A stretch of 64,000 nucleotides of DNA, taken from Camelus ferus. Taxonomy: Eukaryota. Positions 28,407 to 42,290 of this stretch are shown here, piece by piece. The position numbers and the translations under genes are program-made. Below the pieces are notes generated by a model. It made no database searches and was not told the origin of the DNA. It saw nothing but the letters and a program-made list of their open reading frames with translations. Position 1 is the stretch's first letter, and every line of letters begins with the position of its first letter. The stretch spans positions 58,220,001 to 58,284,000 of the forward strand of contig NC_045697.1 in NCBI RefSeq assembly GCF_009834535.1, written 5' to 3'.

Positions 28407-29282
28407 AACTTGGCCATAACACTTCAAAATTCAACTTTTGCACTCTTGATTATGAAGATCTGGGTTCCTCCCATCAAGAAAGGTAACCCTAATCTAGGAT
28501 ATTTCACTACTTCCCATGTGTCATAATTTTCTTCTCAGTTTATACACTCACTGTTAAAAATACAGACATTGGATGAAAAATTGCTCATCTGCTAGAAAAT
28601 AATTTATTAAAAAATATGTATGTGGAGGGAAAATGTTATCTTTTATGTCTGTCTGAATTACTGAGCTTTGGAAGGTTTTTATTTGCCAAAATTCTATAAT
28701 CCAAATTTTATTAATGGATATATTTTCTTATTATTTTACTTGCTCCCTCTGGAACTGTTTTAAAATTGTTTTAAATAAAGTAAAATGTAGACAATCTGTT
28801 CTTTTCATTTACCGTTTGTAGCAGTACTTTAGAGTATATGTCAAAGGTATTTTTTTAATGAATACATAGACTGTAGTTAATAGGCAATGGCATTTTAAAA
28901 TGTTACCCATGTCAATACAAAGGAGAATGTCTGGACCATTTAAAGGTGATAACTCCTGGAAGAACTGTAATTGCTACATCGTAGTCAAACATTTCCTTCT
29001 TGATGTTGGAAATCTTTTTTGCTTAGGACAGTTGCTGAGCTTTAAAAATGTATCATGTATTGAACACCCAACAACTTCTTGCTACATTTTTGTCTTTCTC
29101 AAAATCTTAATGTCCAGAAGACCATTCTATGCCAGTTAGCTTCTTTTCAAATATTTGCTAAACTAAATATTCCCTATGGTGCCATCTTTTTTTTTTTTTT
29201 TTTTTTTTTAATTTGGGTCATTACATTTTTTCAACCCATTTCTTTCCTGGATCCTGCTACATACAAGGTAAGGGAGACGCCA

Positions 29283-29766
29283 GTGAACATCTATTGTTTT
29301 CTGTTGTCCAGCACTTTCTGATAACTACACCCCAATTTTCTTCTCAGTCCATTTGCTTCTGTTAGAGTTGAGTCCATCTTCCAATACTGTGGGACAGACC
29401 TGGAAATTTCAAATTGCATTTGCCTGGCCACAGTAATGGTTAAGGGATAAACATATAACCCAGACTGAGCTTATGAGATGGAAGGAGATTTTGCTATCAT
29501 TTCTGGAAATGATATTCCTATTCTTTTCTGTGAGGCCTGAGGTTATGTAAGAACTGGAGATCCTACAATCATCTTGTTACTACTTGGAATGAAAAATGTA
29601 AAAGCAAGCCAAGAAATGATGGAAGATACAATGAGTTCTAATGACACTGTTTGCAGTTGTGAAGCCACTGGACTTCCTAGCTAGGAGACCCAGTAAGTTT
29701 AATTTTGCTTAAGCCAATTTTGATTGGGAGTCTGTCATTTACAAGGCATTAAGAGTCTTGAGTAAA
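29283..29766 (+). mobile_element. Old MLT1 (K/L-like) LTR
   Basis: gcctggccacagtaatggttaagggataaacatataacccagactgagc ... tctgtcatttacaaggcattaagagtcttgagtaa. Confidence 0.6.
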
Positions 29767-32689
29767 GCAGAGAAAGATACTCTTTTAACCTAAAAATGTG
29801 TAGGAGATATGCCAGCAAATACATCTGGTTTTGGTTATATATGTAACAGAAAAAAATTCTGTTATGTGCAGATGCAGGATCAGAAGCTGCAAAAGGACAG
29901 TGAGTCTCACAAAAGAATTTTAGCAGACAAATGCAAGAAGACCCACGTTTCATATTAGAACAGTTAGAGAATTCTTACTAGTTTATAATGTAAAGTCTGA
30001 AGCCATAATCAGGGATGATAAGGCTGTGTATCTTTCTACTACGCATTCACAAATTAGTTCAGAGAGGAATGTCCACCGCCTCTCAATCTGGCAATAACTA
30101 CAGTATATGCAACAGGTAGTGCAGTGTGGATACTGAGAAGGAAGGGAATGAGGAGTGTAGAAACCTGAGAGAGGCCCTACATTCCCTCAAGCATGGATGG
30201 CAATGGAACATTTTCCATCTCATTTGTGCCAGGACAAGCCCTCATTGGTAGAATATATTCAGTGAAGCAAGTAGGAAGCTTTAATGTAATCACTGTATCT
30301 CAAGGAAGACAAATTAAGAATCCAAGACCATGGCAGAAGAATGAGTATATTCAAAGGAGAATTTATAAAGCAAAGCAAGAAATAACAGGTTTCCACAGTC
30401 CCACAGACAGCTAGCTAGGTGGGCAGGGAAACTCCCTGCCATGCTGCAAGCAGTGGTTCCAGTGAGTTCCTTTTTATCTACTACGGAGAGAAGGAGTGGT
30501 AAAGACTGAAGGAACTCTCCCTGTGCAGGTAGAGCAGCTTTTGGTCCATCTCCCTGCCCCCTTCTTGAGCACAGAAGGAGAAAGACATCATTTTCAATAC
30601 CATAGAGACAACAAGAAAGCAGGAACTTTCTGGACACTGAGAAAAATTGGATCATCTCTTATCTGTTACCCTGAGGCCAGTCCATGGTCAGCGAACCACT
30701 TCCAACCTCCCTTCCACCTGTTATCGCCAATCAGTACTGGAAGTAGAGGGACCCAAGTGACTTGATATAGAAACAGAAAGTTGAGCACCAGAAAAAAGAT
30801 TCTCAGAAGGACAGAAAATCATTTCAGTGGGCTGAGAACTAATAGGGCAAGAGAGGAAAAAGGGATCTAGAATAAAGGAGTTTCACTCACTAGGAAGGTA
30901 CGGCCAAGTAGGTTTGAAGGTAAAGAGCTAATGTCCTAAGTTTTATGGAGAAAATGGGCTGGTGGGGCTGGTGGTGTGGGAATGCTTTTTTGTGTAAAGA
31001 AGTCCTCCCCCACCTCCAACATTCCGTGGACTTTATGGATAATGCTTTTTCATTTGAACCCCAGATAAAGGAATTTCTTTTCTCTTTCCCACTGCAGAGC
31101 CTCTGTATTCATTTTGAAGTGTTTATATCCTTACTTACCAAATGATGTATTATTCTTTATTCTGATTGTTTTTAATAAATGATTTTATCTGCCTGTATTA
31201 GTATTACTTAGCTTAAATGATCAGTTTCTAGAAGCTAGAAATGTTTGCCATGTGACTCATACCGTACAGATTTTAAGACCCTGATATGTAAGTATTTTTG
31301 GTGCTAATTTTGAGAAAAATGGATACACAAATTCTTTTTAGCTTCAGGAAAAGAGTAGTGCTCATTCTGTAAAAAGATAAAAAGAATAAGAATGAGTCTG
31401 ACAAAGGTATTATAATTCCTTTTCATTTCACCTTACTGAAAATTTATTATCAGGTAATTTCAGTGAAAATCATGTCTGCTTAGGATTTTGGTGACTTAGT
31501 GAGGCAAGCTGTCATAAACAGATTGTGTTTCAGATATTGTTATTTCTGGTGTCTTATAAAATCAAATCTTACATCATCATACTCTGTATAAGCAATAACC
31601 TGTTTTAGTATCCACTGAATTGTAGTAAATAATTTAGACTTTGGTTTTTACATCAAACTAATAGCGTTTATGTTTATATAGTGTATTACAGTTAACAAAA
31701 GTACTTATATATAAGCAACAAGAGGACCATGAATGAGTTTTAACCCCCAAGGTTATTAAATCACTGGTGAAATGAGGCAAAAAGGAAACTAAACTATGTC
31801 TGCTTTCTTAGCCCACAGGATAAGACTGTTCATGTTTAAAACCAAACAATCTAGACTCTGAGAAATAGAATGATGTTTTACTATTATGTTATGTTGTCTT
31901 GTTGAGGCCATGGGAACAAAACATAAAACTGGGAATGGAGATGAGGTTTCTCCTAAGGGAAAATGTACATGCTATCATTCAGGCTCCAGAAATAAATCAC
32001 GAGTGAGGGTGCAAGCCTGAATTGAGGGTGAGAGGAACACTTATATCTCTCTATAGATGTAGTCTGAATACAAGATGTGGAGATCCTGGTAAATTTCAGG
32101 AGTTCAGATACTCCTGACCACATGAAGAACAGTGGGCAAGAAGGCAGGATAAGGAATCCTAAAATAAGTTGGAACCCTCATATTGTAAAAATCAATTTCT
32201 GTGTTGTATTTCCCTAGAACCTAGTTCCCTAGATCTTCTGAAAAATATTCTTAAAACTGGTCTCATCTGCACTTTGTAGTATCATTAGCATCCCCAAATC
32301 AGATGATGTCCCATGCATCTGTTATAGTAGCAGAGGTCTGAACCATGGACTAGATGGGGAACGCAACAACCAACCCAGTAGAAAACCTGTGTGTCCAAAG
32401 ACTGAGACTATCGGATGACCTGCAAAACAGGCAATCATAAGGTGACGGACAGCAACAGACCAGAAGGACTTCAGGGACTTATTTTTGATCACACATGAGG
32501 CAGCCCCCTGGAAATCTCCTTTGGGTGAAAGTCATTGTGAAGAGGTTGGATTGCTAACAATTAGGCCAGTGAGAGCTCAACCCATGATAATCTGGGCATT
32601 AAAAATAATTTTGTAATGATAGGTTGGCAAGGTCTGGGAAACTGGTAGTAATATAACATTTTCTCAGTCATATCCTATTAGTTTCCAAA

Positions 32690-33525
32690 TGACATTTAAG
32701 CTGTATCTTTATCACCTCAAATGTCTACTTCATGCCTTATCCATTGTCAATGTCTTAGTTTAGGTCAGTGCTATCTTTTGCCTCATTTATCACAACAACC
32801 ACCTAGATAGAATCCCTCCCCATCCTATTTTAATATTGCCAAAAGATCTAATAAAATGTCTATCCCATTATGCCACTGTCTTTTTAAAATTCCTCACTGC
32901 TGGCTTCACATGCCAAACGTTATGGTATATAAAGCCCTTACTGACTTGGCTGCTATTTACATATTCATTCAGGACTCTACCTTTGCCTCAGTGAGCACAA
33001 CAACTATGTGCAGTACCATTAACACCCAATGCTCTTTCTTGACGCCAAATTTTTTCATGTTATTCCCTCACCTAGAAGGCCCCACCCACCACCCACTTCT
33101 ATTATCAAATTTTTATTCCTACTCTATCTGCATCTTTCTCTCAACAGAACATCTCTTTGAGAAGTCTTCCTGATTCTTGCCCATCACTATGTACACAGAA
33201 TGGGTTCTCTCCTCAGCTTACCCAAGGATATTATTAGTATTGCCTATTGTTTCTTAGAGGGAAAGACAATGTCTTGTTCACTCCAGCTCTTGTACCAGTC
33301 CAGATACACAGTAGGTGGTCAAGAAATATCAGTTGACTACATTAATTTTTTTCATCAGTAACACAATCACTGTGAGTTAGAAGAAATTATTATCCCACTT
33401 TGCAACCATGAAAACTGAGTTTAAGAAATATTAAATGAGTTTTCCAATGTAGCAGAGGTAATCAAAGACCCAGGCAGGATTCAAACTTGGATCTTTTGGC
33501 TACAAACTCAGTACTTTCTCTGCTC
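32690..33525. mobile_element. L2 3' fragment (+, ~32690-33340) followed by MIR (-, ~33350-33525)
   Basis: gaagtcttcctga...acacagtaggtggtcaagaaatatcagttga; then attattatcccactttgcaaccatgaaaactgag...ggattcaaac. Confidence 0.7.
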
Positions 33526-35235
33526 TATTGTCCAGCCTTATAGCATTCATGTATAGTGTACTATACATTTCTCTGCAAAAATGTCATTTTGCTGGAGAGC
33601 TATAATCAAGATTTTAAAATTCAATATTGCAGAGATGCTATTACAGGAGAAAGAGCAGATATGTGAATAGGGTTAAATCTATCCACATGGTTCTCACACT
33701 TTAATGTGTATTGGAATTACCTGGGAGACTTACGAATACACAGATTGCCCAAAGATGGTAAAAAGAGGTTAAATGGGCACTTATTCAACTCTGTAATTCT
33801 ACAGTTCTACTTATGGGAAACCTCTAAGAAAGCTTCTCTACAACTTTTCTTTTCCAACTTTTTTAATTTGTTTCTCTATTTTCCCTACACTGTACACTGT
33901 GATAAAAAGGAAATTCTGAATCAACCAGATATTCAGAAAATTGGTCCAAACAAGGCTTAACCCTAGTACTGGCGGGAACCCACCTTGGTCCTGCCAAATT
34001 TTTTCTGGCCGTCCAAAGACTCCGGGAGTGTGGAAACCACAAACATGGCCACAGTGGCTACATTCCAAGATTTGCTACATTCACTTGCCATCTTGAATAG
34101 TAAATGTCCAGAAACTTGAAATGGGTAGCAATATTCCTTCCACACCCAGGCATGAATGAGTTCTAAATGTGGGAAAAGCTCAGAGCTGGAACCTAGTAGC
34201 CTTTACGCTGATCACAGATGCCTACAAACATATTTGCCAAGGAAGCTAATAGAAAACACTTCACCACAATAGACATCTCAATTTAGGAACACAGTTCCTT
34301 TCTACTTCATTTTTTACTACAAAAATTCTGATTTTGAATGTTTGTTTGTTTTGCTGGTTTTGTTTTCTTCCATGCATCTGTTCATTTGTTTAAGTAAAAT
34401 TATCTAAGTTTTGCTTCTGTTTCCTCCAGTTATAATGTCACATCTGCTTACCATCTTTATTTTAAATTGATTTGTGATAAATGACAATTTCATGCCTAAC
34501 CCTTCAGCTTACAGTTTGGAGTTAGTATGCAAAATCAAAAATCAAAATATTACCCTTCTGCCATTGTCTAAGATTCTAGGGCCACACTAAACTTAAATTC
34601 TTTTCATATATGTGTCTTCCTTCTTTCTTCCTTCCCAAATAGGAAATGTATACTGCTTATCCACTGCCTAGTCTAGTGTAGACCTTCAATATGCACTTGT
34701 GAAATAGTATTTATAGTGTAGCAGGCAGGCATCTGTATGTAGCCCAACTTGCAAGATGCTGGCCACAGTGGATTAGAAGCAAATTCTATTTAAAGTTGAT
34801 AAAATAAAAGAAACAAATACTTCGCATTTTGCAAATCACAGTTACCACAGTGCCCTGTATGTCAAATATTTTCCAAAGTAGTCTCTGAAGAATCCTTTGC
34901 TAATGAGCATTAGAATTGACAATTCCCAGAAGGTCAGCTAAATATCTAAAATATGATCTCCCGACTGGGGATGGTCCACCTTTCCCCTCCTCACATGGGC
35001 TCCTCTGCCGAGAGTCCTAGTTCATTGGATTCTCCTCACCTCAGCTGTGTAGTGGTTTCACAGATACTAGCCTGGGAATCTCCTAGTTCTCTTTTTGATC
35101 TAGCCTATGATTACAATGCCTTCAGAGAAGTGTCATCAGATTAGCAAGTTCCAAGTTGGAACAGCATATCCGTAACACTTATTTCCTTCTCAAATTTTCA
35201 AATGCTAATATAATAGGATACAGAGATAATATAGT

Positions 35236-35413
35236 GCCAGGGATCTGACTTTTTTGTGTGCCTCAAAATCACCTGGAGAATGTGTAATACACAGATTGCC
35301 AGACCTCATCCTCAGAGATTCTGATTCAGTAGCTCTAGGTTGGGGTCTGAAAATTTGCACATCTTACAAGTTATATCAATGCTGCTGGGCTGACAACCAC
35401 ACTTTGAGACCCA
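35236..35413. mobile_element. MER5A hAT-Charlie DNA transposon
   Basis: aaatcacctggaga...acagattgccagacctcatcctcagagattctgattcagtag...ccacactttgaga. Confidence 0.85.
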
Positions 35414-35414
35414 C

Positions 35415-35665
35415 GTTGTAGTGGAAGGAGCACCAACGTTAGAAGCAGAAACTTGATTCTGAATCACAATTGCTTTCTTTGCTAGCTGTGTGACATTGTG
35501 CAAAAAAATTTGGTACCTTAAATCTTTAGAATCCTCACTTGCATTCATGAAAGATGGCAATCAGTACTACTTAGGGATAGTGTGAGGATTCAAGTAAAAT
35601 GAGAAACACACACATGACATTAGCCCAGTATCTGACTAAAAGAAGTGTTCTATGAATGTTCACTT
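35415..35665 (+). mobile_element. MIR SINE
   Basis: tgtagtggaaggagcacc...gctagctgtgtgacattgtgcaa...gtgtgaggattcaagt. Confidence 0.7.
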
Positions 35666-36319
35666 TCTTTCTTCCCTCTTTTCTCTATTCTTCCCAGCTC
35701 AGCTGGTCTCTTCACAAAGGAACAGCAACCTTTCCACTCTGAGCAACAGCAAAGCCAGTATCACTGACTCAAGCCCAAGATAGGTGCTCTGTCTCTTAAA
35801 TATAGTACTAGTAATCCTTCTGTAATCCTTCCCTTCTTCTTTCTCTAAGAGCTGTCAAAGGGCTCCAGCTGCCTCCCAATTACTCTTATTAAGTTCTGTG
35901 TAAAAATAACCAAATGATAAAAGGTTTCTTTCTAATGACAAACACTGATCACTGGCTATAAACTCATTTGAAGGTGGTCTGTTTAAAAGTTCTCAAACCC
36001 CGCCTATCTTTCAAAGCCTTCTAAACAATGCAAAATTAACTTGAGCACAAGGAAACTCAGATTTGTTCATTCTCAGCAAAGGGCAACGTAGGCGAGCGAG
36101 ACTTTGTTAAATTCTTTTTCCTTTTCAGAGTAGTTTTATGTTGAATTAAGTAAAAATATGTTAACCAACAGGATTATGCCTTCTCCAAACTTTTCTTCAG
36201 ATTTCCATTTTCAGTCTTAATTTGATCTCCTCTTGGCTGTGAGTATGTAATGCCTGAACAGTTAGTAATAGGGGAGGAGTGGGGCACGAGGGAAAGAGAT
36301 GACAAGTACCTACTATAAA

Positions 36320-36552
36320 CTTCACTTTTTACTGAGTGTTCACTTTGTACGAAGCATTAGGCTGAGGTATTTTGCTTATACTCCCTTGTTTGATCTTACA
36401 GTAATCCTGTCAGGTTGAAAAGTATTTTATCCCCATTTATGTAAGACAAAACTGGGGTCATAAGAGGTAAAGCAATTGTACACAGCTAGTGAGCTGGCAG
36501 GGTCAGGATCCAAATTTAGTTCTCTAGTATTTTCGTTCTTAATCATTGCATC
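36320..36552 (-). mobile_element. MIR SINE
   Basis: ttactgagtgttcactttgt...atccccatttatgtaagacaaaactgggg...acacagctagtgagctggcag. Confidence 0.75.
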
Positions 36553-36640
36553 AAACTCTTTTTATTGGCATTGAAGAGACCCTAAGGAATCCCTATTCCT
36601 AAACATTCAGGCTGATATATTCAAGGGTAAGTTTGAATGA

Positions 36641-36710
36641 ACACACACACACACGCACACGCACGCACGCGCACACGCACGCGCAACGCACGCACGCACA
36701 CACACACACG
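36641..36710. repeat. (CA)n/(CACG)n alternating purine-pyrimidine microsatellite
   Basis: acacacacac acacgcacac gcacgcacgc gcacacgcac gcgcaacgca... Confidence 0.95.
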
Positions 36711-37719
36711 CTGATATGGCAAACCTTAACAATTGCTGAGCCTACATGAAAAGTATCAGGCGTTTATTGCATTATTTCTTTGCTGTATCTTTTAATATTT
36801 TTATAATAAAAAGCTGGTCTAAAAGAAGCACTCAAACTTCATAAGGTGATAACATTGAGATGAGTTCAGGCAGGACACGGATGTAAAAATAATAAACGGC
36901 AGAATGCAAAGAGTATAGAGAAGAGGTCATGGGATGAATTGAAATTCTTTGAATTAATGCCTATGTGCAAGTCTTCCCTTAATGTCCTTGGCCTTTATCA
37001 TTCATCTCTATAGCTTTGATTATCTAAGTATCTTCCTACACTCTCCTTAGGCATCTGCAATTGTCATAAACATTCACTTACTCATTTCAATAATAAAAAT
37101 CATCTTCTAGTGGTCCTAAGAGAAATACCAGAGTACATCTCTTTTTTTCTTTCCTATATAGCTTTACAGTTTACATGTTCTGCCAAACTGATGATTATTT
37201 CAGAAATTACAATGAACTTTTCTATTCAATCCAAGCAGCCATTTGCAGAATGTATTTTTTTAAGTAAAGCAAAGTTAAAATAAACTAAATTCAATGATAT
37301 TTACATAATACTATTTGGGTCATAATTTTTCCATAGCATAATTAAGATAAAGTGACCTTTATCCTGTGTAGCCTCTTATTACTAAAGATCCTGGATTTAA
37401 AGTCACTATCATAATCTATTTAAATGAATGTGAGATACATCACCCAGGAGGCATGCACTATAATGATTAAATTTAACACAAAAACCAGGCCTGTCTTTTT
37501 TCATATCTATCAACAACATATCTTACATGTAATTGATTCATAAAATATAATAATTCACCAGAAAATTTTAAATGCCTGTAATTTCCCTCTAGGCTGTAGG
37601 CCCAGTCATGTAATTAGAACCAGAATTGTCTGGGTATGAAAATGTTTAGGGCAACCCAAAGAAATCCAGAAATTCTGAAGACAAGGCCCAATTATTTCCT
37701 TTTGAGAGCTGGTCCTGTA

Positions 37720-38405
37720 AGAACAGCGTGGAATGAAGATAAGAAGCTTGAGCTACGGAAACAGCCTGGCTTGTGTTTAAATTATTATCTCAAAAATCAC
37801 TCTATGCCCTTGGGAAATTTATTTGACCTCTCTAAATCTTAAGTTATTCATTGTTAAATGGAAATAATGATAGCAACTATTAGATAATATTGTCATGGGG
37901 ATCAAACAAAATGACTCGTGTAGGACGCATCAAACAGGGCCCACTGATAATTAAGCACTTACTGCTTCATGAGAATCCTCATTACCATTATTTTCATGTA
38001 GACTTATCAGGGCATCTCAAACTCACAATGTCCAAAACCAAACTTATCCTTATCCTGTCCACTTTTGCTCCTTCTTCTCTAGTCTTTATCCTAATTAACA
38101 GAACCATGATCCACTGCATTCCTTCAAGACTGGACTCCAGGAGAAATCTGCTTCTTATTTCATCACAATATCTATTCAGCAATCACACTGGATCAATGAC
38201 TAATAGCTCACAAATCTGCCTTCTCTCCTCCATATCCTCTGATACCAACTTAATTCGGGCCCTCGTCATTTCTCATCTGATCACTGCAATATCTCATTTC
38301 TTCCAGTCTGGCTCACTCCAGTATGTTCCCCACAAGGCTTCCATATAGTAACTCTTTAAAATAACTATCATTTTACTTTCTTTTAGAAAATCGTACCATG
38401 ACTTC
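37720..38405 (+). mobile_element. MIR (~37720-37965) followed by L2 (~37995-38405)
   Basis: gcccttgggaaatttatttgacctctctaaatc...; ggcatctcaaactcacaatgtccaaaaccaaact is a classic L2 motif. Confidence 0.75.
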
Positions 38406-38489
38406 TAAAGAAGAGCCTTTGGGTTTTTGTTCAGACATGACAAATCAAACACATGTGATAACCTCTATTCCTTACTAAAATCTTTCTAT

Positions 38490-39410
38490 ATTTGTTACCC
38501 ATGGTTATGAAATAAATAATCCCAATTTAGCAGCTTAAGACAACAAACATTTATTATCTCCCAGTTTCTGTGGGTCAGTATCTTAGTCCATTCAGGCTGC
38601 TATAAAAAAAATTACATAAACTGGTAAACTACAGAAATGTATTTCTCATAGTTCTGGAGGTCAAGAAATCCAAGATCAAGACAGCAGCAGATTCTGTGTC
38701 TCGTGAAAGCTTGCTTCCTGGTTCACATACACTTTTTTGCTGTATCCTCACTTGATGGAAGGGGTCAAGGGCTCTCCCTGGGATTTCTTTTTTAAGGGCA
38801 CTAATACCACTCATGAGGGCTCTGTCCTCATGATCTAATCACCTTCCAAAGGCCCCAACTCCTAATACCATTACCTTGGGAGTTAAGATTTCAACATATA
38901 AATTTGGTGGGTGGGAGGGACACATACTTTCAGTCTACAGAAGTCAGAAACTTGAGTGCAGCTTATCTGAGCAACCAGTGGGGCTGCTGCAGACTTGAAA
39001 TGGGAGAGGATCTGCTTCTAAGTTCATTCATGTGGCAGAACTCAGTTGCCCCCAGCCTACTGCACTGAGGACCCACATTCCTTGCTGATTATTGTCCAGA
39101 GGCCTCCTTTGCTTTTTGCCAGGTGGGCTCCTATATAGGGCAGCTCACCATACAGAAACTTTTGCTTCCCTCGGAGCTAATGAGAGAGCAAGAATGAGAG
39201 TGAGAGCAAGAAAGACAGAAAGTAAGATCAAAGTCAAGGTATCTTTGTAACCTAATCTCAGAGGCGGACATCCTATCAGACATGTCATACCTTACTCCCT
39301 AGAAGTCAGTCACTAGGTCCAGCCCATATTTAAAGGGAGGAGGTTACACAACAGCATGAATGCCAGGAGGCAGTGATTACCAGAGGCCATTTCAGAGACT
39401 GCCTACCAAA
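38490..39410 (-). mobile_element. MLT1F-like LTR (outer element, split by a nested LTR)
   Basis: gcttaagacaacaaacatttattatctcccagtttctgtgggtcag ... gaggccatttcagagactgcctacca. Confidence 0.75.
38579..38942 (-). mobile_element. MLT1A/MST-type solo LTR nested in MLT1F, 5-bp TSD GTCAG
   Basis: TATCTTAGTCCATTCAGGCTGCTAT...CTTTCAGTCTACAGAA; GTCAG at 38574-38578 and 38943-38947. Confidence 0.88.
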
Positions 39411-41599
39411 CCCTTTAAATCAATAGTAAAAGGATGAAACAGGAATTAAGCCACAAGAACAAAGTGAATGGGAAAAGCAACAACTGACAAGAAACCGAGA
39501 AAGTAACCAGACTAATAGTATATGATTTAATAGCTCAGAAAAAGCCACAACTTAAACTCTTAAGATGCTTTAGTAACTCAGAGAAACCTAAAACCTAAAC
39601 CTATAGGAGATAAAGTCAAACAGAAGCTAAGCCATGCCTCCCTAACTCAGAAATTCTCTTCAGAAAGCTAATGGTGAAGGTAGTCCACCAAAATGAGGGA
39701 ATCGGTCAGTACAGAATTCAAAAAACAATAGATGCAATGCTGGTCAAAGAAAGAGATTTTCAAAGCGATCACGTGAGAAACAAGTTCAAGAGCAAACAGT
39801 TGAAACTAGAGCAGCAGGACAAAGTGTTCTGAGAGTCCTGTCTGCTAGAAGGAAGTTAAATGGGTAGAATATCCAATGTGTTTGAACATTGAACACATCC
39901 AGGAGTTATTTCCAATTCTATCAGAGAACTTAGGGATAAATGACTGATAGGGTGGACAGAAAGCTAAGCAAATTAAAATGTATTATTGAGTATATTAAAA
40001 AAAAAAAGATGTAAAACAAAGAGAAAAATAATCATAGTACATGGTATGTCTTGGTTTAAAACATAGTCACAGTTTTTTTTTTTTTTACTATTAACCAAAA
40101 ATTGTATTTTAAGTATACTTGAACAATAGAAGGAAGTAAATTTGTATATATGAGAAAGGGAGGGAGAAAGGCAGATAAAGATTTATTTCATTACAGAATA
40201 TCAATGTCAAACTTTTTTAAAAATCATAAATAAAATTGTAACAAATAGTTGGAACCATATAAGCACATTCCTCAAACCCTCCTGAACTCCACTGTGGAAT
40301 CTAATCCCAGATACCTGATACTCTATATAAACTCACCAAATTAAAATTAATTTCAAATAAATTCCTGTGCAAAATCTTTGATACTTTGTTCCTTTAAGAA
40401 GGAGTTCATTATTAGATGCAACATATCCTACTTGCAAGTTTATATAGGATTCATCATGAAATACAAATGGCACTATTGTCCTGCAGAAAGACAAACAAAC
40501 ACAAAAAAGACAATAAACCCAATGATGGTGTGGATCTCCTAGTTCTTATTATACTATCTCCCATTTGCTTTGTGTGGAAAGTTACCTGGCTTAAAAGATT
40601 TGTTCCAACTTTAAGTAAATGATTTAAACTTTATGTCTTTAGTTCTGTAAGACAAGGTGGGGGAATATGCAACCCAGACTTGGAGAAATAGTTTTTAAAC
40701 ATGACCAAAAAATCAAATTCACAAATTTCAAAAAGAATGAAAAAAGTATTGGTATACATGTGCTATTTAGAATATAGAAATAAATGTCGGCAAAAAAAAA
40801 AAAAAAAAACCACCATAAAGTGGAAGCTTCCAGGTGGAACAAGATGGGGACAGCTATTTTTATAATCCTTATAGGATGACTCTTACTTTTTAAACTTGAT
40901 ATATGTATTATTTGGAGGCAAGTAATACTTATATTTTTAATAGGTCCTTCAGAATTAAACCCATTAAAGAAAAGGTTGACTTTGATTATCTTTTTCAACA
41001 TCTCTTCAAACTTCACATCTTCCACCAGTGTCCCAGCAGTATTAAATTATATGCAGTTTCCCAAAATCTGTCTTCTTGTGTCTGTATGGCTTTTCCCAGG
41101 CCATTTTTTCCCCACACATTCATACTCCCTCTGCCCTACACTTTCTCCTTCCTCTGAATCCTGCTCCGTAGGCTGGACACAACTTAGATTTCATTTCCTC
41201 TCAACTGTGAACTGTGCAGTGAACTTGCCCACCTATGTGTCCTCTATGCCCACCACATGGGCATATTTATCACATTATGTTGAATTTATGTAACTTATTA
41301 ATATTTTTTTACCTTTGTCAGGAAATGGCTATTTCTGTTGTTTTGTTTTGTTTTCAAGTGCTTGGGGCAAAGCACTTTAGAGAAAGATCATCAGCTCCAG
41401 GGGATGACAGGGAATGAAGGGATTAAGAACTGACCCAGAAGCAGGAATTGTCCTCATAATAGTCAGTCCTGAACAGAATACTACGAGGAAAATGTAACCT
41501 TACTCTGAGTTACCTGGGATGGCAGTTCACCTTATTTTACTTCACCTAGATTTGGATATCAGTGGAAAGGACAATCCCCAAGTCCAGGAGGTCTTGCTG

Positions 41600-42290
41600 A
41601 TCAAAAATCTCCCACTGGTTTCCCTGTCCACCTCTTGCTCTACTCCAGTCTATTCACCCACACAATAAACATCCTGAGTGAGCTTTCAAAAATGCAAATC
41701 TGATTATGTTACTTCCGTAACACAATCACGGCTTTAATACTGCAGTGGGTCCTCACTGATCAACAATACAGTATAAGGTCTGTAACATCATCAATTAGAT
41801 CTCCGCTGACTGGGCCTCTGCTACCACTCCAGCCTCCTCTCTCACATTCCTCTCTTCTACTTTGTTTTTCAGCCGCACTGAATATTCAGTTCCTCTGAAA
41901 CAAGTCAAGTTTCCTCTTGCCCCTCACAGTCTCACATGCTCAGTCAACAAGAACATTTTTCATCATTCCCCTCCTCCATCTCTTTGGGTCTGTGGCATCT
42001 TTACTTGATCAGCCTACTCCTTCAGGTCCAAACTTATCTATCATTTCTTCTGGAAAGTCTTCCCTGACACACCCGGTTTAAACTTGAACTTTGAACTGAT
42101 CTCATTAAAGCACTCATCACCACGAATTAATTTGCTTATTTGTTCATATTCTTAACCAGGCTGTAAGCAACGCTGTGGATGAAGGGACATTGACTCCTAA
42201 TTTACAAAGGATCCTCCATGCCTAAATCAGAGCTTGGTATTGTGCAATCATTAAATACCGAGTTGACTGATTGACTGAATAATGGAATCA
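41600..42290 (+). mobile_element. L2 3' fragment
   Basis: aaaatgcaaatctgattatgttact...ggaaagtcttccctgac...ttaaataccgagttgactgattgactgaat. Confidence 0.75.

Noticed and set aside
30193..30765. Cluster of overlapping ORFs (73-113 aa)
   Set aside because: No recognisable homology or consistent splice structure; lengths are compatible with chance in a slightly GC-richer patch.
37890..38348. Longest ORF (152 aa) as a gene
   Set aside because: Lies across MIR and L2 remnants, has a non-ATG start and no recognisable domain.
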